A stretch of 64,000 bases of DNA, taken from assembly GCA_965203295.1 (NCBI GenBank), contig CBDBCZ010000018.1, positions 1,376,001 through 1,440,000 on the forward strand, given 5' to 3'. This document shows positions 50,701-64,000 of this stretch, one piece after another. The notes under the pieces are model-generated. The model had not been told where the DNA came from. It was given only the letters and a program-made list of their open reading frames with translations, and ran no database searches. Numbering within the stretch: the first letter of the stretch is position 1; each line of letters opens with the position of its first letter. Both the position numbers and the translations under genes were made by a program. The stretch is from Nitrospirales bacterium. Lineage in GTDB: Bacteria; Nitrospirota; Nitrospiria; Nitrospirales; UBA8639.

Positions 50701-53700
50701 GTATCACCTAATGGGAAGTGTAAATCCCTTTTTCAAGTTGCAACGTACCAAATTTCAAAGATCCTAGACATCTACTACAAGTATGTGCATTATAGACAGT
50801 CTAGGAGGCGAAAATAGCCAGCGAAAGACACATGGTGCTAATGGGATAAAAAGATGCACTTAAGCACCATTGTGCAATTTCCACAGTAATATCTCTCTCT
50901 GGTAGAAGATTACTATACAGTAGTCATCATCACGGATAGAGTGAGGTGTTACTAAAGTTCTGCTTGAAACAAGGCAAAGTGGTAAATAATTAAAAACGAG
51001 CGAATAATTAGGATAGGAGGGAAAAGAGGACTGAAACAAAACAGGGAATAGAGTCAGGTACAGCGGGGAGGCTGGATTAGTGAATTGTAGGGCTGATGGA
51101 CAAGACCAAGTTCCTTGTTGATGGGATGGTGCTATGATTGGATGTGCCATACCCGAGTGGTACATCATTGGCTAAGACCAGGGTTGAAATTCATAACATC
51201 CACCTCACTCCATGTAATGCCGTGGTGCTTCACCATTGCATGCTCAGCAAGGATAGATCTGAGTCATCTAATACAAATATGTGCCTTCATGAGTTTAGGT
51301 AGCGAACATAGCTGTAGAAAGACACATGGTGCTAGTGGGATGAAAAGTGGCACTTTAAGCACCATTGTGCATTCTCCAAACAGCAAGTGAAAATTCTCAG
51401 CCATACATATATGCAAGGCCTCTCCACAATAGTAGCTATCTCTGATACAGGTTAAGAAATCTTGCTAGCAAGAAAGATCTGCATAAACGACTGCAAATTA
51501 GTGCATTCATGTCAATCTAGGAAATAAATACCCAGCGAAAGACACATGGTGCTCGAGGGCTGAAAAGTGGCACTTAAGCACCATTGTAAATTCTCCAAAG
51601 AGCAAGTGAAAATTCTCAGACATAAATGCATTTAAGACCTCTCCACAATAGTAGTTATCTGTGATACAGGTTAGATGACTTGCTAGTAAGAAAAATCGAC
51701 TACAAATTGGTGCATTCATGTCAATCTAGGAAATAAAAATACCCAGTGAAAAACACATGGTGCTAAAGGGCTGAAAAGTGGCACTTAAGCACCATTGTGA
51801 ATTCTCCAAAGAGCAACTGAAAATTCTCAGACATAAATGCATTTAAGACCTCTCCACAATAGCAGCTAACTGTGATACAGGTTTAAATGACTTGCTAGCA
51901 AGGTATCTTCTCTGCTCACCTTGTAAATTCAATAAAGGTCAGAGGGCATATCAAACCCTGGAGAACTAGCGCTGTCAGGACCACTCTATCCTCACCTGCT
52001 CAAAATAACACTCATGCAAAGTTCTTAGGATTGTTACAGCCTCAATACTAAGACCAGCTAAGAACTAGCAAAATGGATTTTTAATTTGGATACTGGCATA
52101 CGTAATTTGACTATATGTGGAGAGTGCATACAGTCTCCGGTGCTTTCCACCCACCCCCTCGACAAATGGTGTCACCTAATGAGAAGTGTAAATTCCTTCT
52201 TTAAGTTGCAACGTACAAAAGTTCAAAGATCCGAGTCATCTACTACAAGTATGTGCATTAATGACAGTCTAGAATGCGAAAATAGCCAGCGAAAGACACA
52301 TGGTGCTAACGGGATAAAAAGTGGCACTTAAGCACCACTGTGCAATTCCCACAGTATTATCTATCTCTGGTACAAGATTACTATACAGCTATCAACATCA
52401 GGGGTAGAGTGAGGTGTTACAAAAGTACTGCTTGAAACAAGGGAAAGTAGTGAATAAATAAAAACGAGCGAATAATTAGGATAGGAGGGAAATGAGGACT
52501 GAAACAAAACAGGGAATAGAGTCAGGTACAGCGGGGAGGCTGGATTAGTGAATTGTAGTCCTGATGGACAAGACCAAGTTCCTTGTTGATGGGATGGTGC
52601 TATGATTGGATGTGCCATACCCGAATGGTACATCATTGGCTAAGGCCAGGGTTGGAATCTGTAACATCCACCTCATTCTATGTAATGCTGTGGTGCTTCA
52701 CCATTGCATGCTCAGCAAGAATAGATCTGAGTCATCTACTACAAATATGTGCCTTCATGAGTTTAGGTAGTAAACATAGCTGTAGAAAGATACATGGTGC
52801 TAGTGGGATGAAAAGTGGCACTTTAAGCACCATTGTGCATTCTCCAAACAGCAAGTGAAAATTCTCAGCCATACATATATGCAAGGCCTCTCCACAATAG
52901 TAGCTATCTCTGATACAGGTTAAAAAATCTTGCTAGCAAGAAAGATCTGCATAAACGACTGCAAATTAGTGCATTCATGTCAATCAAGGAAATAAAAATA
53001 CCCAGCGAAAGACACATGGTGCTCAAGGGCTGAAAAGTGGCACTTAAGCACCATTGTAAATTCTCCAAAGAGCAAGTGAAAATTCTCAGTCATAAATGCA
53101 TTTAAGACCTCTCCACCATAGTAGCTATCTGTGATACAGGTTTAGATGACTTGCTAGCAAGAAAACTTGACTACAAATTGGTGCATTCATGTCAATCTAG
53201 GAAATAAAAATACCCAGTGAAAAACACATGGTGCTAAAGGGCTGAAAAGTGGCACTTAAGCACCATTGTAAATTCTCCAAAGAGCAAGCGAAAATTCTCA
53301 GACATAAATGCATTTAAGACCTCTCCACAATAGCAGCTATCTGTGATACAGGTTTAGATGACTTGTTAGCAAGGTATCTTCTCTGCTCACCTTGTAAATT
53401 CATTAAAGGTCAGAGGGCATCTCAAAGCCTGGAGAACAAGTGCTGTCAGGACCACTCTATCCTCACCTGCTCAAAATAACACTCATGCAAAGTTCTTAGG
53501 ATTGTTACAGCCTCAATACTAAGACCAGCTAAGAACTAGCAAAATGGATTTTAATTTGGATACTGGCATACGTAATTTGACTATATGTGGAGAGTGCATA
53601 CAGCTCTGGTGCTCCCCACCCACCCCCACGAGAAATGGTGTCACCTAATGAGAAGTGTAAATTCCTTCTTTAAGTTGCAACGTACAAAAGTTCAAAGATC

Positions 53701-56700
53701 CGAGTCATCTACTAGAAGTATGTGCATTAATGACAGTCTAGAATGCAAAAATAGCCAGCGAAAGACACATGGTGCTAACGGGATAAAAAGTGGCACTTAA
53801 GCACCACTGTGCAATTCCCACAGTATTATCTATCTCTGGTACAAGATTACTATACAGCTATCAACATCAGGGGTAGAGTGAGGTGTTACAAAAGTACTGC
53901 TTGAAACAAGGGAAAGTAGTGAATAAATAAAAACGAGCGAATAATTAGGATAGGAGGGAAATGAGGACTGAAACAAAACAGGGAATAGAGTCAGGTACAG
54001 CGGGGAGGCTGGATTAGTGAATTGTAGTCCTGATGGACAAGACCAAGTTCCTTGTTGATGGGATGGTGCTATGATTGGATGTGCCATACCAGAATGATAC
54101 ATCATTGGCTAAGACCAGGGTTGGAATCCGTAACATCCACCTCATTCTATGTAATGCTGTGGTGCTTCACCATTGCATGCTCAGCAAGAATAGATCTGAG
54201 TCATCTACTACAAATATGTGCCTTCATGAGTTTAGGTAGCAAACATAGCTGTAGAAAGATACATGGTGCTAGTGGGATGAAAAGTGGCACTTTAAGCACC
54301 ATTGTGCATTCTCCAAACAGCAAGTGAAAATTCTCAGCCATACATATATGCAAGGCCTCTCCACAATAGTAGCTATCTCTGATACAGGTTAAGAAATCTT
54401 GCTAGCAAGAAAGATCTGCATAAACGACTGCAAATTAGTGCATTCATGTCAATCAAGGAAATAAAAATACCCAGCGAAAGACACATGGTGCTCAAGGGCT
54501 GAAAAGTGGCACTTAAGCACCATTGTAAATTCTCCAAAGAGCAAGTGAAAATTCTCAGTCATAAATGCATTTAAGACCTCTCCACCATAGTAGCTATCTG
54601 TGATACAGGTTTAGATGACTTGCTAGCAAGAAAAATCGACTACAAATTGGTGCATTCATGTCAATCTAGGAAATAAAAATACCCAGTGAAAAACACATGG
54701 TGCTAAAGGGCTGAAAAGTGGCACTTAAGCACCATTGTAAATTCTCCAAAGAGCAAGTGAAAATTCTCAGACATAAATGCATTTAAGACCTCTCCACAAT
54801 AGCAGCTATCTGTGATACAGGTTTAGATGACTTGTTAGCAAGGTATCTTCTCTGCTCACCTTGTAAATTCATTAAAGGTCAGAGGGCATCTCAAAGCCTG
54901 GAGAACAAGTGCTGTCAGGACCACTCTATCCTCACCTGCTCAAAGTAACACTCATGCAAAGTTCTTAGGATTGTTACAGCCTCAATACTAAGACCAGCTA
55001 AGAACTAGCAAAATGGATTTTAATTTGGATACTGACATACGTAATTTGACTATATGTGGAGAGTGCATACAGCTCTGGTGCTCCCCACCCACCCCCACGA
55101 CAAATGGTGTCACCTAATGAGAAGTGTAAATTCCTTCTTTAAGTTGCAACGTACAAAAGTTCAAAGATCCGAGTCATCTACTAGAAGTATGTGCATTAAT
55201 GACAGTCTAGAATGCGAAAATAGCCAGCGAAAGACACATGGTGCTAACGGGATAAAAAGTGGCACTTAAGCACCACTGTGCAATTCCCACAGTATTATCT
55301 ATCTCTGGTACAAGATTACTATACAGCTATCAACATCAGGGGTAGAGTGAGGTGTTACAAAAGTACTGCTTGAAACAAGGGAAGTAGTGAATAAATAAAA
55401 ACGAGCGAATAATTAGGATAGGAGAAAAATGAGGACTGAAACAAAACAGGGAATAGAGTCAGGTACAGCGGGGAGGCTGGATTAGTGAATTGTAGGCCTG
55501 ATGGACAAGACTAAGTTCCTTGTTGATGGGATGGTGCTATGATTGGATGTGCCATACCAGAATGATACATCATTGGCTAAGACCAGGGTTGGAATCCGTA
55601 ACATCCACCTCATTCTATGTAATGCTGTGGTGCTTCACCATTGCATGCTCAGCAAGAATAGATCTGAGTCATCTACTACAAATATGTGCCTTCATGAGTT
55701 TAGGTAGCAAACATAGCTGTAGAAAGACACATGGTGCTAGTGGGTTGAAAAGTGGCACTTTAAGCACCATTGTGCATTCTCCAAACAGCAAGTGAAAATT
55801 CTCAGCCATACATATATGCAAGACCTCTCCACAATAGTAGCTATCTCTGATACAGGTTAAGAAATCTTGCTAGCAAGAAAGATCTGCATAAACGACTGCA
55901 AATTAGTGCATTCATGTCAATCTAGGAAATAAAAATACCCAGCGAAAGACACATGGTGCTCAAGGGCTGAAAAGTGGCACTTAAGCACCATTGTAAATTC
56001 TCCAAAGAGCAAGTGAAAATTCTCAGTCATAAATGCATTTAAGACCTCTCCACAGTAGTAGCTATCTGTGATACAGGTTTAGATGACTTGCTAGAAAGAA
56101 AGATCGACTACAAATTAGTGCATATGTCAATCTAGGAAAAAATACCCAGCAAAAAACACACGGTGCTAAAGGGCTGAAAAGTGGCACTTAAGCACCATTG
56201 TAAATTCTCCAAAGAGCAAGTGAAAATTCTCAGACATAAATGCATTTAAGACCTCTCTACTATAGTAGCTACGTATCTGTGATACAGGTTTTGAAGACTT
56301 GCTAGCAAGGTATCTTCTCTGCTCAACTTGAAATGTCACCAAAGGTCAGAGGGCATCTCAAACCCTGGAAAACTAGCGCTGTCAGGAACACCCCATCAGT
56401 ATATGCTCAAAATAACAACACTTAAGCACAGTTCTTAGGATTCTTACAGCCTTAATACTAAGACCAGCTAAGAACTAGTATGATAAATTTTTAATTTGGA
56501 TACTGGTATAGTTAATTCTATGTGGAGAGTGCGTACAGTCTTCGGGTGCTCTCTCCCTCCCCACCCCACAAATGGTGTCACCTAAGGAAGTGTGGATCCC
56601 TTCTTCAAGTTGCAACGTACAAAGATTCAAAGATCTGAGTCATCTACCACAAGTATGTGCGTTCATGAGATCTAAGATACAAAATAGCCTGCAAAAGACA

Positions 56701-59700
56701 CATGGTGCTACATGTACATGTAATGGGATGAAAAGTGGCACTTTAAGCACCATTGTAAATTCTCTAAAGAGCGAGTGAAAACTCTCTGACCTAAATGCAT
56801 TTAGGACCTCTCCACTATAGTAGCTAACTGTGATACAGGTTTAGAAGACTTGCTAGCAAGGTATCTTCTCTGCTCGTCTTGAAATCTCATCATAGGTCAG
56901 AAGGCATCTCAAACTCTGGTTAACTAGCACCGTCAGGAACACCCCATCAGCACATGCTCAAAATAACACTCAAGCACAGTTCTTAGGACTGTTACAGCCT
57001 CATTACTAAGACCAGCTTTAAACTAGTAAAATGAATTTTTAATTGGAATACTGGTGTACGTAATTAGATTATATGTGGAGAGTACATACAGTTTCCGAGT
57101 GCTCCCCACCCACTTCCTCGACAAGTGGTATCACCTAATGGGAAGTGTAAATCCCTTTTTCAAGTTGCAACGTACCAAATTTCAAAGATCCTAGTCATCT
57201 ACTACAAGTATGTGCATTAAAGAAAGTCTAGGAGGCGAAAATAGCCAGCGAAAGACACATGGTGCTAATGGGATATAAAGTTGCACTTAAGCACCATTGT
57301 GCAATTTCGACAGTAATATCACTCTCTGGTAGAAGATTACTATACAGTGGTCATCATCAGTGGTAGAGTGAGGTGTAACTAAAGTACTGCTTGAAACAAG
57401 GCAAAGTGGTGAATAATTAAAACGAGCGAATAATTAGGATAGGAGGGAAAAGAGGACTGAAACAAAACAGGGAATAGAGTCAGGTACAGCGGGGAGGCTG
57501 AATTAGTGAATTGTAGGTCTGATGAACAAGACCAAGTTCCTTGTTGATGGGATGGTGCTATGATTGTATGTGCCATGCCCGAGTGGTACATCATTGGCTA
57601 AGACCAGGGTTGGAATCCTTAACATCCACCTCACTCAATGTAATGCCGTGGTGTTTCACCATTGCATGCTCAGCAAGGATAGATCTGAATCATCTAATAC
57701 AAATATGTGCCTTCATGAGTTTAGGTAGCGAACATAGCTGTAGAAAGACACATGGTGCTAGTGGGATGAAAAGTGGCACTTTAAGCACCATTGTGCATTC
57801 TCCAAACAGCAAGTGAAAATTCTCAGCCATACATATATGCAAGGCCTCTCCACAATAGTAGCTATCTCTGATACAGGTTAAGAAATCTTGCTAGCAAGAA
57901 AGATCTGCATAAACGACTGCAAATTAGTGCATTCATGTCAATCTAGGAAATAAAAATACCCAGCGAAAGACACATGGTGCTCAAGGGCTTAAAAGTGGCA
58001 CTTAAGCACCATTGTAAATTCTCCAAAGAGCAAGTGAAAATTCTCAGTCATAAATGCATTTAAGACCTCTCCACAATAGTAGCTATCTGTGATACAGGTT
58101 TAGATGACTTGCTAGAAAGAAAGATCGACTACAAATTAGTGCATATGTCAATCTAGGAAAAAATACCCAGCAAAAAACACACGGTGCTAAAGGGCTGAAA
58201 AGTGGCACTTAAGCACCATTGTGATTTCTCTAAAGAGCAAGTGAAAATTCTCAGACATAAATGCATTTAAGACCTCTCCACAATAGGAGCTATCTGTGGT
58301 ACAGGTTTAGATGACTTGCTAGCAAGGTATCTTCTCTGCTCACCTTGTAAATTCATTAAAGGTCAGAGGGCATCTCAAACCCTGGAAAACTAGCTCTGTC
58401 AGGACCACTCTATTCTCACCTGCTCAAAATAACACTTATGCAAAGTTCTTAAGATTGTTACAGCATTAATACTAAGACCAGCTAAGAAAGAGAAATGGAT
58501 TTTTAATTTGGATACTTGCATATGTAATTTGACTATATGTGGAGAGTGCTTACAATCTCCGGGTGCTCCCCACCCACCCCCTCGACAAATGGTGTCACCT
58601 AATGAGAAGTGTAAATTCCTTCTTCAAGTTGCAACGTACAAAAGTTCAAAGATCCGAGTCATCTACTACAAGTATGTGCATTAATGACAGTCTAGAATGC
58701 GAAAATAGCCAGCGAAAGACACATGGTGCTAACGGGATAAAAAGTGGCACTTAAGCACCACTGTGCAATTCCCACAGTATTATCTATCTCTGGTACAAGA
58801 TTACTATACAGCTGTCAACATCAGGGGTAGAGTGAGGTGTTACAAAAGCACTGCTTGAAACAAGGGAAAGTAGTGAATAAATAAAAATGAGCGAATAATT
58901 AGGATAGGAGGGAAATGAGGACTGAAACAAAACAGGGAATAGAGTCAGGTACAGCGGGGAGGCTGGATTAGTGAATTGTAGGCCTGATGGACAACACCAA
59001 GTTCCTTGTTGATGGGATGGTTCTATGATTGGATGTGCCATACTCGAATGGTACATCATTGGCTAAGGCCAGGGTTGGAATCCGTAACATCCACGTCACT
59101 TGGTGCTTCACCATTGCATGCTCAGCAAGGATAGATATGAGTCGTCTAATACAAATATGTGCCTTCATGACAGTCTAGGAGGCGAACATAGCCGTAGAAA
59201 GACACATGGTGCTAGTGGGATGAAAAGTGGCACTTTAAGCACCATTGCGCATTCTCCAAACAACAAGTGAAAATCCTCAGCCATACATATATGCAAGGCC
59301 TCTCCACAATAGTAGCTATTTCTGATACAGGTTAAGATAATTTGCTAGCAAGAAAGATCTGCATCATAAACTACAAATAAGTGCATTCATGACAATTTAG
59401 GAAATAAAAATACCCAGCTAAAGACACATGGTGCTAAAGGGCTGAAAAGTTGTGCATAAGCACCATTGTAAATTCTCTAAAGAGCGAGTGAAAACTCTCG
59501 GACCTAAATGCATTTAAGACCTCTCTACAATAGTAGCTATCTGTGATACAGGTTTTGAAGGCTTGCTAGCAAGGTATCTTCTCTGCTCAACTTGAAATGT
59601 CACCAAAGGTCAGAGGGCATCTCAAACCCTGGAGAACTAGCGCTGTCAGGAACACCCCATCAGTACATGCTCAAGATAACAACACTCAAGCACAGTTCTT

Positions 59701-62700
59701 AGGATCGTTACAGCCTCATTACTAAGACCAGCTAAGAACTAGTATGATGAATTTTTAATTTGGATACTGGTATAGTTAATTCTATGTGGAGAGTGCGTAC
59801 AGTCTTCGGGTGCTCTCTCCCTCCCCGCCCCACAAATGATGTCACCTAAGGAAGTGTGGATCCCTTCTTCAAGTTGTAACGTACAAAGATTCAAAGATCT
59901 GAGTCATCTACTACAAGTATGTGCGTTCATGAGATCTAGGATACAAAAATAGCCCGCAAAAGACACATGGTGCTACATGTACATGTAATGGGATGAAAAG
60001 TGGCACTTTAAGCACCATTGTAAATTCTCTAAAGAGCGAGTGAAAACTCTCTGACCTAAATGCATTTAAGACCTCTCCACACTAGTAGCTAACTGTGATA
60101 CAGGTTTAGAAGACTTGCTAGGAAGATATCTTCTCTGCTCGTCTTGAAATCTCATCAAAGGTCAGAAGGCATCTCAAACTCTGGTTAGCTAGCACCGTCA
60201 GGAACACCCCATCAGCACATGCTCAAAATAACACTCAAGCACAGTTCTTAGGACTGTTACAGCCTCATTACTAAGACCAGCTATAAACTAGTAAAGTGAA
60301 TTTTTGATTGGGAAACTGGTGTACGTAATTTGACTATATGTGGAGAGTACATACAGTTTCCGAGTGCTCCCCACCCACTTCCTCGACAAGTTGTATCACC
60401 TAATGGGAAGTCCAAATCTCTTTTTCAAGTTGCAACGTACAAACTAATATCTCTCTCTAGTACAAGATTCCTATACTGCTGTCATCATCAGTGGTAGAGT
60501 GAGGTGTAACTAAAGTACTGCTTGAAACAAGGCTAAGTGGTGAATAATTAAAAACGAGCGAATAATTAGGATAGGAGGAAAAAGAGGACTGAAACAAAAC
60601 AGGGAATAGAGTCAGGTACAGCGGGAAGGCAAGATTAGTGAATTGTAGGCCTGATGGACAAGACCAAGTTCCTTGTTGATGGGATGGTGCTATGATTGGA
60701 TGTGCCATACCCGAATGGTACATCATTGGCTAAGGCCAGGGTTGGAATCTGTAACATCCACTTCACTCCATGTAATGCGGTGGTACTTCACCATTGCATG
60801 CTCAGCAAGGATAGATCTGAGTCATCTAATACAAATATGTGCCTTCATAACAGTCTAGGTAGCGTACATAGCTGTAGAAAAACACATGGTGCTAGTGGGA
60901 TGAAAAGCAAGTGAAAATTCTCAGCCATACATAATATGCAAGGCTTCTCCACAATAGTACGTAGCTATTTCTGATACATGTTAAGAAAACTTACTAGCAA
61001 GAAAGATTGACTACAAATTAGTGCATTCATGTCAATCTAGGAAATAAAAATACCCAGCGAAAGACACATGGTGCTAAAGGGCTGAAAAGTGGCACTTAAG
61101 CACCATTGTGCATTCTCCAATGAGCAAGTGAAAATTCTCAGACATAAATGTATTTAAGACCTCTCTATAAAAGCAGCTATCTGTGATACAGGTTTAGATG
61201 ACTTGTTAGCAAGGTATCTTCTCTGCTCACCTTGTAATCTCATTAAAGTTCAGAGGGCGTCTCATATCCTGGAGAACTAGCGCTGTCAGGACCACTCTAT
61301 CTTCACCTGCTCAAAATAACACTCATGCAAAGTTTTTAAGATTGGTACAGCATCAATACTAAGACCAGCTAAGAACTAGTAAAATGAATTTTTAATTTGG
61401 ATACCGGCATACGTAATTAGACTATATGTGGAGAGTGCTTACAATCTCCGGGTGCTCCCCACCCACCCCCTCGACAAATGGTGTCACCTAATGAGAAGTG
61501 TAAATTCCTTCTTCAAGTTGCAACGTACAAAAGTTCAAAGATCCGAGTCATCTACTACAAGTATGTGCGTTAATGACAGTCTAGGATGCGAAAATAGCCA
61601 GCGAAAGACACATGGTGCTAACGAGATAAAAAGTGGCACTTAAGCAACATTGTGCAATTCACACAGTATTATCTATCTCTGGTACAAGATTACTATACAG
61701 CTGTCAACATCAGGGGTAGAGTGAGGTGTTACAAAAGTACTGCTTGAAACAAGGGAAAGTAGTGAATAATTAAAAACGAGCGAATAATTAGGATAGGAGG
61801 GAAATGAGGACTGAAACAAAACAGGAAATAGAGTCAGGTACATCGGGGAGGCTGGATTAGTTAATTGTAGGACTGATGGACAAGACAAAGTTCCTTGTTG
61901 CTGGGATGGTTCTATGATTGGATGTGCCATACCCGAATGGTACATCAATGGCTAAGGCCAGGGTTGGAATCCATAACATCCGCCTCACTCGGTACTTCAC
62001 CATTGCATGCTCAGCATGGATAGATATGATTCGTCTAATACAAATATGTGCCTTCATGACAGTCTAGGAGGCGAACATAGCCGTAAAAACACACATTGTG
62101 CTAGTGGGATGAAAAGTGGCACTTTAAGCACCATTGTGAATTCTCCAAACAACAAGTGAAAATCCTCAGCCATACATATATGCAAGGCCTCTCCACAATA
62201 GTAGCTATTTCTGATACAGGTTAAGATAATTTGCTAGCAAGAAAGATCTGCATCATAAACTACAAATTAGTGCATTCATGACAATTAAGGAAATAAAAAT
62301 ACCCAGCTAAAGACACATGGTGCTAAAGGGTTGAAAAGTTGCGCATAAGCACCATTGTAAATTCTCTAAAGAGCGAGTGAAAACTCTCGGACCTAAATGC
62401 ATTTAAGACCTCTCTACAATAGTAGCTATCTGTGATACAGGTTTTGAAGGCTTGCTAGCAAGGTATCTTCTCTGCTCAACTTGAAATGTCACCAAAGGTC
62501 AGAGGGCATCTCAAACCCTGGAGAACTAGCGCTGTCAGGAACACCCCATCAGTACATGCTCAAGATAACAACACTCAAGCACAGTTCTTAGGATCGTTAC
62601 AGCCTCATTACTAAGACCAGCTAAGAACTAGTATGATAAATTTTTAATTTGGATACTGGTATAGTTAATTCTATGTGGAGAGTGCGTACAGTCTTCGGGT

Positions 62701-64000
62701 GCTCTCTCCCTCCCCGGCCCACAAATGGTGTCACCTAAGGAAGTGTGGATCCCTTCTTCAAGTTGTAACGTACAAAGATTCAAAGATCTGAGTCATCTAC
62801 CACAAGTATGTGCGTTCATGAGATCTAGGATACAAAAATAGCCCGCAAAAGACACATGGTGCTACATGTACATGTAATGGGATGAAAAGTGGCACTTTAA
62901 GCACCATTTTAAATTCTCTAAAGAGCGAGTGAAAACTCTCTGACCTAAATGCATTTAAGACCTCTCCACAATAGTAGCTAACTGTGATACAGGTTTAGAA
63001 GACTTGCTAGGAAGATATCTTCTCTGCTCGTCTTGAAATCTCATCAAAGGTCAGAAGGCATCTCAAACTCTGGTTAGCTAGCACCGTCAGGAACACCCCA
63101 TCAGCACATGCCCAAGATAACACTCAAGCACAGTTCTTAGGACTGTTACAGCCTCATTACTAAGACCAGCTACGTATAAACTAGTAAAGTGAATTTTTGA
63201 TTGGGATACTGGTGTACGTAATTAGACTATATGTGGAGAGTACATACAGTTTCCGAGTGCTCCCCACCCACTTCCTCGACAAGTTGTATCACCTAATGAG
63301 AAGTGTAAATCCCTTTTTCAAGTTGCAACGTACAAACTTTCAAAGATCCTAGTCATCTACTACAAGTATGTGCATTAAAGACAGTCTAGGAGGCGAAAAT
63401 AGCCAGCGAAAGACACATGGTGCTAATGGGATAAAAAGTGCCACTTAAGCACCATTGTGCAATTTCCACAGTAATATCACTCTCTAGTACAAGATTCCTA
63501 TACTGCTGTCATCATCAGTGGTAGAGTGAGGTGTAACTAAAGTACTGCTTGAAACAAGGCTAAGTGGTGAATAATTAAAAACGAGCGAATAATTAGGATA
63601 GGAGGAAAAAGAGGACTGAAACAAAACAGGGAATAGAGTCAGGTACAGCGGGGAGGCTGGATTAGTGAATTGTAGGCCTGATGGACAAGACCAAGTTTCT
63701 TGTTGATGGGATGGTGCTATGATTTGATGTGCCATACCCGAATGGTACATCATTGGCTAAGGCCATGGTTGGAATTCGTAACATCCACCTCACTCCATGT
63801 AATGCTGTGGTGCTTCACCATTGATTGCTCAGCAAGGATAGATCTGAGTCATCTACTACAAATATGTGCCTTCATGAGTTTAGGTAGCGAACATAGCTGT
63901 AGAAAGACACATGGTTCTAGTGGGATGAAAAGTGGCACTTTAAGCACCATTGTGCATTCTCCAAACAGCAAGTGAAAATTCTCAGCCATACATATATGCA
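47752..64000 (-). repeat. Complex satellite, right arm (inverted relative to the left arm); runs off the window
   Basis: All anchors appear reverse-complemented (aaaagtggcacttaagcaccattg), and the repeat ORFs switch strand. Confidence 0.95.
51100..56100 (-). repeat. Higher-order repeat of 1468-1469 bp, at least 3 copies
   Basis: Paralogous ORFs start at 51115, 52583, 54052 and 55520. Confidence 0.9.

Noticed and set aside
38938..63975. Many recurring 60-115 aa ORFs (MMYHSGMAHP..., MLMGWCYDW..., MESAYNLR...) as a multigene family
   Set aside because: They are overlapping frames of satellite modules on both strands with variable stops and frameshifts. The only protein-like frame (Penelope) is stop-interrupted.

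Overview
Eukaryotic (animal) genomic DNA; the gene and repeat style suggests a demosponge or other non-bilaterian invertebrate (inference). 1-26.5 kb: the 3' part of an apparently intact NLR immune-receptor gene. One large NACHT exon is followed by eight internal LRR exons (seven of 84 bp, one of 78 bp, all phase 2-2) and a terminal exon. The introns carry MITEs, a 22-bp minisatellite, a piggyBac relic and a decayed Gmr1-type gypsy element (integrase before RT). 27-35.5 kb: nested MITEs, a dead RTE-like LINE with a (TG)n tail, and orphan gene pieces (kelch pseudo-exon, separase catalytic-site exon, Ginger/GIN-like integrase relic). 35.7-64 kb: a complex higher-order satellite. It has captured and amplified the 3' end of a Penelope-like element, and it switches orientation at about 47.75 kb to form a very large quasi-palindrome. 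Most short ORFs in the track are spurious or repeat-derived. All family assignments come from motif recognition by eye, not database searches.
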